From assembly GCF_039654945.1 (NCBI RefSeq), contig NW_027362106.1, positions 310,001 to 374,000 of the forward strand: DNA of 64,000 bases, written 5' to 3'. The notes beneath the pieces were generated by a model. The model saw only the letters and a program-made list of their open reading frames with translations, was not told the origin of the DNA and did not search any database. The DNA is from Dendrobates tinctorius. Taxonomy: Eukaryota. Numbering within the stretch: the first letter of the stretch is position 1; every line of letters begins with the position of its first letter. This document shows positions 11,828 through 24,379 of the stretch, piece after piece. A program made the translations under genes and the position numbers.

Positions 11828-14670
11828 CTGCAGATTGGACACAGGACTGGAGTCAACGACTTTCAAACAACAGGATTTTTGGCCAGGGCTGTCCGTGAAA
11901 ACCTCTGACAACACTTGGGCAAATGGTAATTAATAGGGTTGTTCAGTAATTTTTTTTTTTCCCCAAACCGAAAGTGAGCAGAAGAAAAAAAAAAAACGCA
12001 TCATGCACTAGTCTCTCTCGCATTCTGACGGTACTCGTTTATTCATGTGTATGGGTGCAAGAATAACTCTAATCCCACAAGGATCAACCATATAGCAGCG
12101 GACTGTTATGGACACACTGCAATTCTTTAACTCAGGAAACGATATTTAGACTTGTGAATTTAAAAAACTTCTGCTATGTAAAAACGGAAACAGATGCCAT
12201 AAGCGTGACAATGCAGATTAATCTTTGGGGCTTTTTTGGATGAAAAATTTACTTTTTGTTTTGCGCTTGAATGAACTTGGCTTTATAGCTGTTTCTCTCT
12301 ATTGGAAAGGAATATATCCTAATATAAATCCCCCATATATATCCCCCTAGTGCACATGCTGCAGCCATGTGCGGAGCAGAAAGGTTCTTGTAGCCACGTT
12401 CGGCAGAAAATGTATATGTGTTGTAAGGTAGCACTCTCATTCAAGTAGGGGATACTCGCTTAGCAGCCACAAAACCAGATCTGGCACGGGTTTTCCACAA
12501 AACAATCATAGTCCATGCGGTTTATTAGGCATCATAAACCCAAAGCAGTAACATAAACTTCATAGATTCAGCATAGCGTCCATGATAAGAGTTCAGCTCT
12601 GTAATCCCTGTGGTCACACAGGTTATGCACACACAGGCTCTTCAGCCTCCGTTATCTCACCCGTCAGGGTTCACTCATGGTTCCTTCACCACGCTGCAGA
12701 CGTCCATTCCCTCCAGGGAATTACCAGGCACGTGCAGCCATTCAACACAGCGTTCACTTGCTGTCAGAAGGCAGCCCCATCTCTCTCAGACGGGACCTTC
12801 CAAAACGGACCAACCAGGTCCCTGCATTCACCTCATGTGACCTACCCTGGCCACCTTATATGGTCCGTAGCCACACCTACCGGGTCACATGGCTATGACC
12901 TCATCACAGGTTTTTCAACCACTCATACACACTTTACAATAGCGTTCTTAACCCCTTCATGACCAAGCCTATTTTGACCTTCATGACCAGGCAATTTTTT
13001 GTCCCTTTATGAGGCAATAAATCAGGAACGCTTCAACGGATCCTAGCGATTCTGAGAATGTTTTTTCGTGACATAGTGGGCTTCATGTTAGTAGTAAATT
13101 TAGGTTGATAATTTTTGCGTTTATTTGTGAAAAAATCAGATATTTGGTGAATATTTAGAAAATTTCGCAATTTTCAAATTTTGAATTTTTATTCTGTTAA
13201 CCCCTTCCTGACATCCGACGTACTATCCCGTCCACGGTACCCGGGCCCGTATGACCGTGGACGGGATAGTACGTCTACCGCGATCAGCGGCGCCCACGTT
13301 GTGAGCGCCGCTGATCGCGGCCGGGTGTCAGCTGATTATCACAGCTGACACCCGGCACTATGTGTCAGGGGCGGTCACGGACCGCCCCCGACACGTTAAC
13401 CCCTTGCACACCGCGATCAAACATGATCGCGGTGTACCGGGAGTTAAAGGGAAGCATCGGGAGGGAGGGGGCTCCCTCCGTGCTTCCCTGAGCCCCCCAC
13501 GGCAGCGCAATGTGCAGCGCTGCTGCGGGGGGCTCCTATCCTCCAGGCCCCCGAATCCAAGATGGCGACGGGGGCCTTCGGGGACCTGAGGAAGCTGGCT
13601 TCCTCAGTGCCTGCAAAGCGCAGGCAAGAGGAAGTCTTCTTCAATGCCTGTGACAGATTGCTGATCTGTCACAGTGATCTGTGATGTGACAGATCAGCGA
13701 TCTGTCACAGGACAGTGATGTCCTACCTGGGACTATGTAATAAAGTAAAAAAAAAAATTAAAAAAAAATGTAAAAATAAATTTAAAAAAATCGCCAAATA
13801 AATTAGAAAAAAAAAAAATATTCCCTCAATAAATCCATTTTTTGGAAATAAAAAAAAAAAACAATAAAAGTACACATATTAGGTATCGCCACGTCCGTAA
13901 TGACCCGCCCTATAAAACTGTCCCATTAGTTAACCCTTTTAGCGAACCCCTTAAAAAATAAAAAACGAAGCAAAAAAATAATGATTTATTATCATACCGC
14001 CAAACAAAAAGTGTAATAACGCGCAATCAAAAAGACGCATATAAATATCCATGGTACCGCTGAAAACGTCATCTTGTCCTGCAAAAAACGAGCCACCACA
14101 CAGCATCATCAGCGAAAAAATAAAAAAGTTATAGCTCACAGAATAAAGCGATGCAAAAATAATTATGTTTTATATAAAATAGTTTTCATTGCATAAAACC
14201 GACAAAAACATAAAAAAAGACCTAAACGAGGTATCGCTGTAACCGTACTGACCCGAAGAATAAAACCGCTTTATCAATTTTACCGCACGCGGAACGGTGT
14301 AAACGCACCCCCCAAAAGAAATTCATGAAATGCTGTTTTTTGTTCATTCTGCGTCCCAAAAATAGGAATAAAAAGCGATCAAAAAATGTCACGTGCCCGA
14401 AAATGGTACCAATAAAAACGTCAACTCGTCCCGCAAAAAATAAGACCTCACATGACTCAGTGGGTCAAAATACGGAAAAATTATAGCTCTCAATATGTGG
14501 TGATGCAAAAACTATTTTACAATAAAAAGCGTCTTTTAGCGTGTGACAGCCGCCAAACATAAAAACCGCCATAAATAGTAAGTCAAACCCCCCGTTATCA
14601 CCCCCTTAGTTAGGGAAAAATAATAAAACTAAAAAAAAAAGTATTTATCTCCATTTTCCCGTTAGGGTAA

Positions 14671-15049
14671 GGCTGTGTGCACACGCTGCGGATTAGGTGC
14701 GGATTCATCCGCGCGGATTTTGTAAAATCCGCAGGTGAAACCGCAGGTCAAAAGACCTGCGGTTTTACCTGCGGATTGCTCTGCGGTTTTGTCCTGCGGT
14801 TTTTCATCTCCTCAATAGAGGAGATGGCAAACCGCAGGAGAATCCGCAGAAAGAATTGACATGTCAATTCTTTCTGCGGATTGAAAACCGCAGATAATCC
14901 GCGCGGAAAATTCCGCACCGTCTGCACTGCGGTTTTTGATTCCCATAGGGAATCATGGTACTGTACACCGCAGCAAAAACTGCTGCTGGTCCGCAGCGGC
15001 CAAAACTGCTGCGGAACCGCAGCAAAATCCGCAGCGTGTGCACACAGCC
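14671..15049. mobile_element. Harbinger-type MITE inserted in a telomere-like tract
   Basis: Perfect TIR GGCTGTGTGCACACGCTGCGGATT; flanks TAA / TTA. Confidence 0.88.
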
Positions 15050-15142
15050 TTAGGGTTAGGGCTAGGGTTAGGGCTAGGGCTAGGGTTAGGGCTAGGGTTA
15101 GGGCTCAGATTAGGGTTAGGGGTGTGTTGGGGTTAGGGTTGG
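15050..15142 (+). repeat. Telomere-like (TTAGGG/CTAGGG)n tract
   Basis: Read directly from the sequence. Confidence 0.9.
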
Positions 15143-15149
15143 AGTTATA

Positions 15150-17400
15150 ATTGGGGGTTTCCACTGTTTGGGCACATCAGGGGCTCTCCAAATGCAACAT
15201 GGCGTCTTATCTCAATTCCAGCCAATTCTGAGTTGAAAAAGTCAAATGGTGCTCCTTCCCTTCCAAGCTTTGCCATGCGCCCAAACAGTGTTTTACCCCC
15301 ACATGTAGGGTATCAGCCTACTCAGGACAAATTGCAAAACAATTTTTGGGGTCCAATTTCTCCTGTTACCCTTAGGAAAATAAAAAATTGGGGGCAAAAA
15401 TATCATTTTTGTGGAAAAAAATGATTTTTTTATTTTCACGTCCGAGTGTTATAAACTTCTGTGAAGCACTTGGGGGTTCAAAGTGCTCACCACACATCTA
15501 GATAAGTTCCGTGGGGGGTCTAGTGTCCAAAATGGGGTCACTTGTGGGGAGTTTCAATAGTTTAGGTACATCAGGGGCTCTCCAAACGCACATGACACCC
15601 GCAGACCATTCCATCAAAGTCTGCATTCCAAAACGTCACTGCTTCCCTTCCGAGCCCCGACGTGTGTCCATACAGTAGTTTTCTCCCACATATGGGGTGT
15701 CAGCGTACTCAGGCCAAATTGGACAACAACTTTTGGGGGTCCAATTTCTCCTGTTACCCTTGGGAAAATGAAAAAATTGGGGACTAATTGATCATGTTTC
15801 TGGAAAAAATACGACTTTTTTATTTTCATGCCCTGGCATTATAAACTTCAGTGAAGCCCTTGGGGGTTCAAAGTGCTCACCTCACATCTAGATAAGTTCC
15901 TTAGTGGGTCTAGTTTTCAAAATGGGGTCATTTGTGGGGGGTTTCCACTGTTTAGGTACATTAGGGGCTCTCCAAAGGCAACATGACACCCGCAGACCAT
16001 TCCATCAAAGTCTGCATTCCAAAACGTCACTACTTCCTTTCCGAGCCCCGACGTGTGCCCATACAGTAGTTTTCTCCCACATATGGGGTATCAGCATACT
16101 CAGGACAAATTGGACAACAACTTTTGGGGTCCAATTTCTCCTGGTACCCTTGGGAAAATAAAAAAATGGTGACTAAAAGATCATGTTTGTGGAAAAAATA
16201 CGAATTTTTTATTTTCACGCCCGGGCGTTATAAACTTCTGTGAAGCACTGGGGGGTTCAAAGTGCTCACCACACATCTAGATAAGTTCCTTGGGGGGTCT
16301 AGTTTCCAAAATGGTGTCATTTGTGGGGGGTTTCCACTGTTTTGGTACATCAGGGGTTTTCCAAACGCGACATGGTGTCCGATCTCAATTCCAGCCAAAA
16401 ACGTCAAATGGCGCTGCTTCCCTTCCGAGCTCTGCCATGCGCCCAAATAGTGGTTTACCCCCACATGTGGGGCATCAGCGTACTCATGACAAATTGCACA
16501 ATAACTTTTAGGGTCCTGTTACCCTTGGAAAAATAAGAATTGAGGGTGAAAAGATCATTTTTGTGGAAAAAATATGATTTTTTAATTGTATGGCTTTATG
16601 TTATAAACTTCTGTGAAGCCCATGAGGGTTCAAAGTTCTCACCACACATCTAGATAAGTTCCTTAGGGGGTCTAGTTTCCAAAATGGTGTCATTTGTGGG
16701 GGGTTTCCACTGTTTTGGTACATCAGGGGTTTTCCAAACGCGACATGGTGTCCGATCTCAATTCCAGCCAAAAACGTCAAATGGCGCTGCTTCCCTTCCG
16801 AGCTCTGCCATGTGCCCAAATAGTGGTTTACCCCCCACATGTGGGGTATCAGCGTACTCAGGACAAATTGCACAATAACTTTTAGGGTCCTGTTACCCTT
16901 GGGAAAATAAAAATTGGGGTGAAAAGATCATTTTTGTGGAAAAAATATGATTTTTTAATTGTACCGCTGTACGTTATAAACTTTTGTAAAGCCCCTGTGG
17001 GTTCAAAGTTCTCACCACATATCTAGATAAGTTCCTTGGGGGGTCTAGTTTCCAAAATGGGGTCACTTGTAGGGGGTTTCCACTGTTTAGGTACATCAGG
17101 GACTCTCCAAACGTGACATGGCGTCCAATCTGAATTCCAACCAATTTTGCATTGAAAAAGTCAAACGGCGCTCCTTCCATTCTGAGCTCTGCCATGCGCC
17201 GAAACAGTCGTTCCCCCCCACATATCAGGTATCTGCGTACTCAGGACAAATTGCACAATAACTTTTGCATTCCAATTTCTCCTGTTACCCTTGGTAAAAT
17301 AAAAAAAATTGAACCTGAATTATTTTTTTTATGAAAAAAGTTAGATGTTCATTTTTTTTTAAATATTCAAAAAAATTCCTGTGACGCACCTAAAGGGTTA
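15150..17400. repeat. Tandem array with 373-389 bp units inside the inner piggyBac-like element
   Basis: The marker TTATAAACTT recurs at about 15449, 15839, 16228, 16601 and 16974. Confidence 0.9.
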
Positions 17401-19330
17401 ATAAACTTCTTGAATGTGGTTTTGGGCACCTTAAGGGGTGCAGTTTTTAGAATGGTGTCACTTTTGGGTATTATCTTTCATATAGACCCCTCAAAGTGGC
17501 TTCAAATGTGATGTGGTCCTAAAAATAAAATGGTGTTGTAAAAATGAGAAATCGCTGGTCAACTTTTAACCCTTATAACTTCCTAACAAAAAAAAAATTT
17601 TGGTTCCAAAATTGTGCTGATGTAAAGTAAACATGTGGGAAATGTTACTTATCAAGTTTTTTGTGTGCCGTATCTCTGTGATTTAAGGGCATAAAAATTC
17701 AAAGTTGGAAAATTGCGAAATTTTCAAAATTTTTGCCAAATTTCCATTTTTTTCACAAATAAACGCAAGTTATTTGAATGAAATTTTACCACTAACATGA
17801 AGTACAATATGTCACGAGAAAACAATGTCAGAATCACCGGGATCCATGGAAGCGTTCCAGAGTTATGACCTCATAAAGGTACAGTGGTCAGAATTGTAAA
17901 AATTGGCCCGGTCATGAAAGTGCAAACCACCCTTGGGGGTGAAGGGGTTAAACCAGAGAGTTATGCGACACAAAATAGTTGCTAAACAACATTTCCCACA
18001 TGTCTACTTTACATCAGCACAATTTTGGAAACAAAATATTTTGTTGGTAGGAAGTTATAAGGGTTAAAAGTTGACCAGCGATTTCTCATTTTTACAACAA
18101 AATGTACAAAACCATTTTTTTTTGGGACCACCTCACATTTGAAGTCACTTTGAGGGGCCTATATGGCAGAAAATACCCCAAAGTGACACCATTTTAAAAA
18201 CTGCACCCCTCAAGGTGCGCAAAACCACATTCAAGAAGATTATTAACCCTTCAGGTGTTTCACAGGAACTAAAGCAACGTGGAAAGAAAAAATGGACATT
18301 TTAATTTTTCCAACAAAAATTTTCTTTCAGCATCAATTTTTTCATTTTCACATGGGCAACAGGATAAAATGGATCCTAAAATTTGTTGGGCATTTTCTCC
18401 TGAGTACACCGATACCTCATATGTCGTCATAAACCACTGTTTTGGTGCACGGCAGGGCTCAGAAGGGAAGGAGCGCCATTTGACTTTTTGAATGGAAAAT
18501 ATGCTGGAATATTTAGCGGTTGCCATGTCGCATTTGGAGAGCGAGCCCCTGTGTGCCTAAACATTGGAGCTCCCCCACAAGTGACCCCATTTTGGAAACT
18601 AGACCACCCCAAGGAACTTATTTGTTGGGCAATTTCTCCTGAGCACACCGATACCTCATATGTGGTCATAAACCACTGTTTGGGCGTACGGCAGGGTCCA
18701 GAAGGGAAGGAGCACCATTTGACTTTTTGAATGGAAAATTATCTCCAATCGTTAACGGACACCAGGTCGCGTTTGGAGAGCCCCTGTGTGCCTAAACATT
18801 GGAGCTCCCCCCAAGTGACCTCATTTTGGAAACTAGACCCCTTATGGAACTTATCTAGATGAGTAGTGAGCACGTTGAACCCCCAAGTGCTTCACAAAAG
18901 TTTATAACACAGAGCAGTGAAAATAAAAATTTTTTTTTCCTCAAAAATGATTTTTTAGCACGCTATTTTTAATTTTCACAAGGGTAGCAGGATATATTAG
19001 ACCCCAAGAGTTGTTGTCCAGTTTGTCCTGAGTACGCTGGTACCCCATATATGGGGGGAAACCATTGTTTGGGCACACGTAAGGACTCAGAATGGAAGTA
19101 GTAATGTTTTGAAATGCAGACTTTGATGGAATGGTCTGCAGTCGTCATTACATTTGCAGAGCCCCTGATGTGCCTAAACAATAGAAACCCCCCACAAGTG
19201 ACCCCATTTTGGAAACTAGACCACCCAAGGAACTTATCTAGATGCCTGGTGAGCACTTTGAACCCCCAAATGCTTCACAGAAGGTTATAACGCAGAGACG
19301 TGAAAATAAAAAAATAAAAAATTTTCCACA

Positions 19331-19469
19331 CCCCTAACCCTAATCCCAACCACAAGCCTAACCCTAATTCCAACCCGAACCCTAATTCTAACTCTAATTC
19401 CAACCCTAACCCTAATTCCAACCCTAACCCTTGTTCCAACCCTAACCCTCTTTCCAACCCTAACCCTAA
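19331..19469 (-). repeat. Degenerate telomere-like (CCCTAA)n tract
   Basis: Read directly; lies at the position homologous to the 15050 tract in the outer element. Confidence 0.88.
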
Positions 19470-20688
19470 TGGAAAAATAAAAATAAAACTAATTTCTTTA
19501 CTTTATTAGTTGTTCCTGCCTATGGGGGTGATAATCGGGGGGGTTTATTTACTTTTCATTTTATTTTGATCACTGTGAGAGTTTATCACATCGCCGCTGT
19601 CATTCAGTGGCGGGGGGTAGATCGCCCCCGTTAACCGGTGGGGGGGTTGGATAGGTGTCACCAGCCATGTCCGATGCTACAGCAGCGTCGGACACGGCTC
19701 TATTGTAATATTTCATCAATTTTCATTGATGAAATATTACTATCGCTCTGATTGGCTGTTAAAAGTGAAACAGCCAATCAGAGCGATCGTAGCCACATGG
19801 GGGCAAAGCCATGCCCCCCGTGGTGAAGTACAAAGCCCCCTGTATCTGCGGGTCGGGTGACCTTTCAGTGACCTAGGTCACCCAACCCGCATGGGGGCTT
19901 TGAAGTCATGACACAGGGTATGCGTCATTGGTCGGAATGGCACCGACTTTCATGACGCATATGCTGTGTCACTGGTCGTGAAGGGGTTAAACTCACCCCC
20001 TGGGTGGGTTTGTAGGTAACTGGGACGGCCCGTCTCCCCAGCTACCTGGAGACTTCTCCCTGACACATTGAAACAGCATATCAGCAGTATCACTGCTGAT
20101 CAACACACACACACACAAGTCTCCATCTCAAGGCCACCCACCTTGAGATACATAACGGTCATTCAGGATTCTGCCATTCATCTTCTCTCCTAGGACACCC
20201 ACACAGCGCCCCCCTAGCGGACACAGTGGTCACTACACCACAGTGTATACATGGCTGACACGAGACACTTCAGTACAGAGAGGAGGAATGGTTTGAACTC
20301 CATCTGCATGGGTTTCATCTTATGGAGTGTGTCATAGCACAGATTGTGCCGGCAGCATCTCAGATTCCACCATTACCATAGTATGTGCCCTGTCCTGTGC
20401 AGGATCCATGTGATAGCGGAAGTGAGCTATACCAGTTATATCTGTCCATTATATGGCCTGCCAGTTTAATAAGTCTACCCCGCCTGAAAGTTACCCAAGG
20501 TAGAACTACAACTGCTGTGCGTGCCACTATGGCTCCAGTAGTCGACAACATTGTTAAATCGCCCTGGCCTATCATATGTGTTTAACGGGACGATGGGGCT
20601 CGCCTGTCGTGTGAGATTGGCGCAATTTTGTAACAGGTCAGTTTACTCATGATGGGAAGAGATGGGTGCAGGGATCGGAAGGAATCAC

Positions 20689-20778
20689 CTTAGGATTGTG
20701 CATGATAATAATCTCTCCTCCTGGGAACTCCAACCTCCGGTGCCACTGATTACTGCTCACCGCTTTCTTGTACTCCAT
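20689..20778 (-). CDS. SEC23IP: SEC23IP exon 5 equivalent (not in the ORF track)
   Basis: Read by hand: cacag|ATG GAG TAC AAG..AAT CCT AAG|gtgatt = MEYKKAVSSNQWHRRLEFPGGEIIIMHNPK; 90 bp, phase 0 to 0. Confidence 0.95.
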
Positions 20779-21219
20779 CTGTGCAAAACACAACCACAAT
20801 TATTATGGTCTGGGTGATCACGCGCCATCACTGTTCTGAATAACTCCAACAATTCTGCTCATCCTGTACATTCATATCAGAAGACCAGAGCCACAATCAA
20901 GATATACATTGCCTATATTGGATTACATGCATACGCCATTGTCTGTGACAACTGCTATGGGAGCAGACATGGTGGCTGAAACTTGGTTACAACATTTGTA
21001 TAAAACAAGAGCTGAATACAGAGCAGTGCCCTGGACTAGTAGAGGGGCTCCTCCACCAACTAAGAATACTGGAAAACTGGACAGTCCTAAATAGAGGACC
21101 TAATCTTTCTGGGGGGGGGGGGGACTTTCCTCTGCTACATGAGTTTGGTAAGGGAACACTCTAGTACGTGTGTCTAAGGTTTACTTGATTAGGTTGATAT
21201 CTGCTCTCAATCTGACGGA

Positions 21220-21900
21220 TGATCTGGTATGTAACCTTCATCTCTCCTCTCCATCTGATGGCAGGATCCCGTGTGTGAACCTGATCTCTCCTCTCCACCT
21301 GACAGAATCTGGTATGTAACCGTCACCTCTCCTCTCCATGTGATGGCAGGATGTGGTGTGAAACCCTCATCTATCCTCTCCATCTGAAGATAGGGCCTGG
21401 TGTGTAAACCTTCTCTCTCGTCTCCATGTGATAACAGGATTTCGTGTGGTAAGCCCCCGTCTCACATAGCGAGATCGCTGTTGCGTCACCAAAGATCTCG
21501 CTACGTGTGACACATAGTACGTGTGACACATAGCGGTGATCGGGCTCGAATGTCCTGGGCCATTTTTTGATCGCTGGTGTCCCGCTGGACAGCATGCATC
21601 ACTGTGTTTGACAGGGACAACGACAAACGACCTCAATACTAGAGGTCTGAGAGACAGGGTCCCAACGACTGTCGTATCGTTCCGTATCGTTGCTGCGTCG
21701 CTGGTGAGATCTGACTGTTTGACATCTCACCAGCGACCACGTAGCGACGCACCAGCGATCCAGGTCATATCGTTGTCGGAATCGTTGGTGCGTCGCCAAG
21801 TGTGAACGTACCCAAACCCTCATCTCTCCTCTCCATGTGATAGCAGAATTTGGTGTGTAACCCTCATCTCTCCTCTCCACCCGACAGCAGGATCAGGTCA
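21220..21900. repeat. Degenerate minisatellite, unit of about 43 bp (CTGGTGTGTAACCCTCATCTCTCCTCTCCATCTGA..)
   Basis: The same unit recurs at 35150-35194 and 36021-36403. Confidence 0.8.
21453..21813. mobile_element. Harbinger-type MITE (older)
   Basis: Imperfect TIRs GCCCCCGTCTCACATAGCG / CGCCAAGTGTGAACGTACCC; inserted at the TAA of a minisatellite unit. Confidence 0.65.
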
Positions 21901-21952
21901 GTAACAGTTATCTTTCTTCGCCATTAGAACGCAGGGTCTGGTGAGTGACCTA

Positions 21953-22131
21953 CAGTGCTGTGCAAATTAATTGGGACAAAGCATTTTTTTTTTTTTTTTT
22001 AAGTAAAATCCTAAGTTGGTTACCAGTCAGTGATTTAAACCAGTTTTAACTGCCTTGAACAGGTGTGACTGGTAACCAACTTAGGATTTTAAAAAAAAAA
22101 TGCTTTGTCCCAATTAATTTGCACAGCACTG
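21953..22131. mobile_element. Tc1-type MITE, nearly palindromic
   Basis: TA TSD; CAGTGCTGTGCAAATTAATTGGGACAAAGC arms of about 70 bp around a 36-bp spacer. Confidence 0.9.
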
Positions 22132-22778
22132 TACCTGTCATAGAAAATATTAAAATCTCTAAGCCCCTAGTGAAGGTGGTGTTCGCCTCCCTCCCTCCTT
22201 TCTTCCCTCTCAGCTGTTTTCTTCATCACTGGAAATCTGAGTGACAGTTTAAATCTCTTAGACTCAGATTAGTACAATGGACATAAGGAGCAGGAAATCT
22301 TAACATGAAGAAGCTCCTGTTAAAATAAAAGTCCATGGCAGTAACAAGGAGGATCTCTGTTGTGTGTAGACAAAGTTATAGTTTGGACAGGTAACTGAGA
22401 CAGAGCTCTTTACAGAGTGCTGGACAACAATAGAGTACCTGTGTTAACACATAGATAGCAAAGTGAAAGTGTCTTTGTTAACAGGAAATACATATTGAAT
22501 TCAAATGTGACTGTGGCTTACTGCAGGAGAAATGCTGTCTACAAATATCTCAATCTCAAGGGCTGTCACACTGTAGAAGGATCATCTTTATTCTCATTTG
22601 CACAAGAAACGACTTGAAGCAATGGGAAGAAACTGAATGGGAGGAGACAGATTAGATATTAGAAAAAACTTTTTGACAGTTAGAGTGATCAATGAGTGAA
22701 CAGGCTGCCACGATTTGGTGAGTTCTCCTTCAATAGAAGTCTTCAGAGGCTGGACAGACATCTGTCTGGGATGATTTA

Positions 22779-24379
22779 GGTTGGTTTCACATTTGCGTCT
22801 GTGTGCGCAGCGTTTGATCTCCATAGATCCGCATGCATCATGCATACATATATTTAACATTGGTGTACGCAGGGACATGCGTTTGCATGCTTTTGCGTAT
22901 GCATGCGTCATTTCGCAGCGAGCAAATGATGCATTTTTTGAGGCGTCAAATATGCACAGGCATGCGGATGAGAGCATCAAAAAAACGCATTACTGTCTAT
23001 GGGAACGCATGAGTACGCAAGGACGTGTACGCATGCGTTATTCAAAATACATATAGAAATCACATGAGACATGCCCATTTTTGTCTGGTGTCATATCCAA
23101 CACATGCACATAAACAACGCAAATGCATGCAAAAAAGCATACAAACTGTTAGCGTGGCTGGTCTGGAGCCGGAATCTACAGGAGTGGACTCTCTGGGCCG
23201 TGGCACCGTGGGGCCCCGGGCGAGTTGCCAGGTGGAAGCGACCCCTATACAGGGACCGTTAGGAGCAGGCCCAGGGGTTCGAGTGCCATGGTAGCCGGTA
23301 CTGAGAGGGGCGGCTCAGGATGGACTGGAGGAGGAGAGTGGGACTGAAGTGTAAATGATAGGACAGAGCTGAAACACAGGAAACAGGAGTGGAGTAAGAC
23401 TGTAGATTGGAACGTGGAGGGATGGCTGGAGCAGGAACACAGGAGACAGGATTGGAGTAGGACGGAAGGACTGGAGCAGGATGGAACAGGAACACCAGAG
23501 GCAGGACTGGAGTAGGAGAGAAGGACTGGAGCAGGATGGCACAGGAACACCGGAGGCAGGACTGGAGTAGGACGGCAGGACTGGAGCAGGATGGAACGGG
23601 AACACCGGAGGCAGGTCTGGAGTAGGATGGCAGGACTGGGGCAGGCTGGAACGGGAACACCGGAGCCAGGACTGGAGTAGGACAGCAGGACTGGAGCAGG
23701 ATGGAAGAGGAACACCGGAGGCAGGGCTGGAGTAGGACGGCAGGACTGGAGCAGGATGGAATAGGAACACCGGAGGCAGGACTGGAGTAGGACGGCAGGA
23801 CTGGAGCAGGAACACCGGAGGCAGGACGGAGGACAGCAGGGAACACGGATAGCAGGACTGCGAGGCTGCTGCAGGGAGCACCAGAGAACGGGACTGTGAG
23901 ACTGCAGAGAGCACACGAAGAATCGGGGCCCAGTGTGCTAGGAAACACAACGATCGGGCGCCTCCCTCAGGGAGAAGCGGCCTGATATGCCTCTGTCTGG
24001 TCTGCCATTGGTCAGAGGGTGCTTCCGGGTCAGGGCATAGCCGGAGCACAAGAAGTAGAAGGGAGGCGCGGCCGCGGCCTATGGCGCATTGCATACAGAG
24101 ACGCCGTCGGCCGCGCGCCTGTCAGAGGTGACTGCTGTGGCTGTAGAACAGCGAGGGGCTGCGGCGTGGGAGCGATGGCCAGGTGAGTATGCAGAGATGG
24201 TGTGGGAGTGGAGGCCGGGTGAGTATGTCGACACGGCGTGACACAAACGCATGCATACGCAGAGTTTTTTCCGTCATGCGTAAGATGATGCACATAAACG
24301 CTGCATAAATATGCGTTTTGCATGCGTTTGTGCATGCGGATGATACGCTGCGGACTCAGACGCTAATGTGAACCTAGCC
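22779..24379. mobile_element. Harbinger-type MITE containing an LTR-like insert
   Basis: TIRs GGTTGGTTTCACATTTGCGT / ACGCTAATGTGAACCTAGCC. Confidence 0.75.
23147..24243. mobile_element. Solo-LTR-like element with an internal tandem repeat of about 60 bp
   Basis: TGT..ACA ends; 5-bp TSD CAAAC; tandem block at 23420-23840. Confidence 0.75.

Larger units (their letters stand above)
13201..17947. mobile_element. Related piggyBac-like element nested in the opposite orientation (inner copy)
   Basis: TTAA TSDs at 13197-13200 and 17948-17951; CCCCTTC/GAAGGGG ends; 17400-17900 is reverse-homologous to the outer element. Confidence 0.85.
12952..19986. mobile_element. Large non-autonomous piggyBac-like element (outer copy)
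   Basis: TTAA TSDs at 12948-12951 and 19987-19990; TIRs CCCCTTCATGACCA / TGGTCGTGAAGGGG; no transposase ORF. Confidence 0.85.
12422..20242 (-). mobile_element. Solo LTR (about 0.78 kb) split by a piggyBac-like insertion
   Basis: TGT..ACA ends; 4-bp TSD GTGT (12418-12421, 20243-20246); minus-strand AATAAA near 12521. Confidence 0.7.

Noticed and set aside
23245-24094. Long Pro/Ser/Cys-rich ORFs (also 7472-8108, 36020-36476, 49109-49889)
   Set aside because: These are translations of tandem repeats that are open in several frames; they are not genes.
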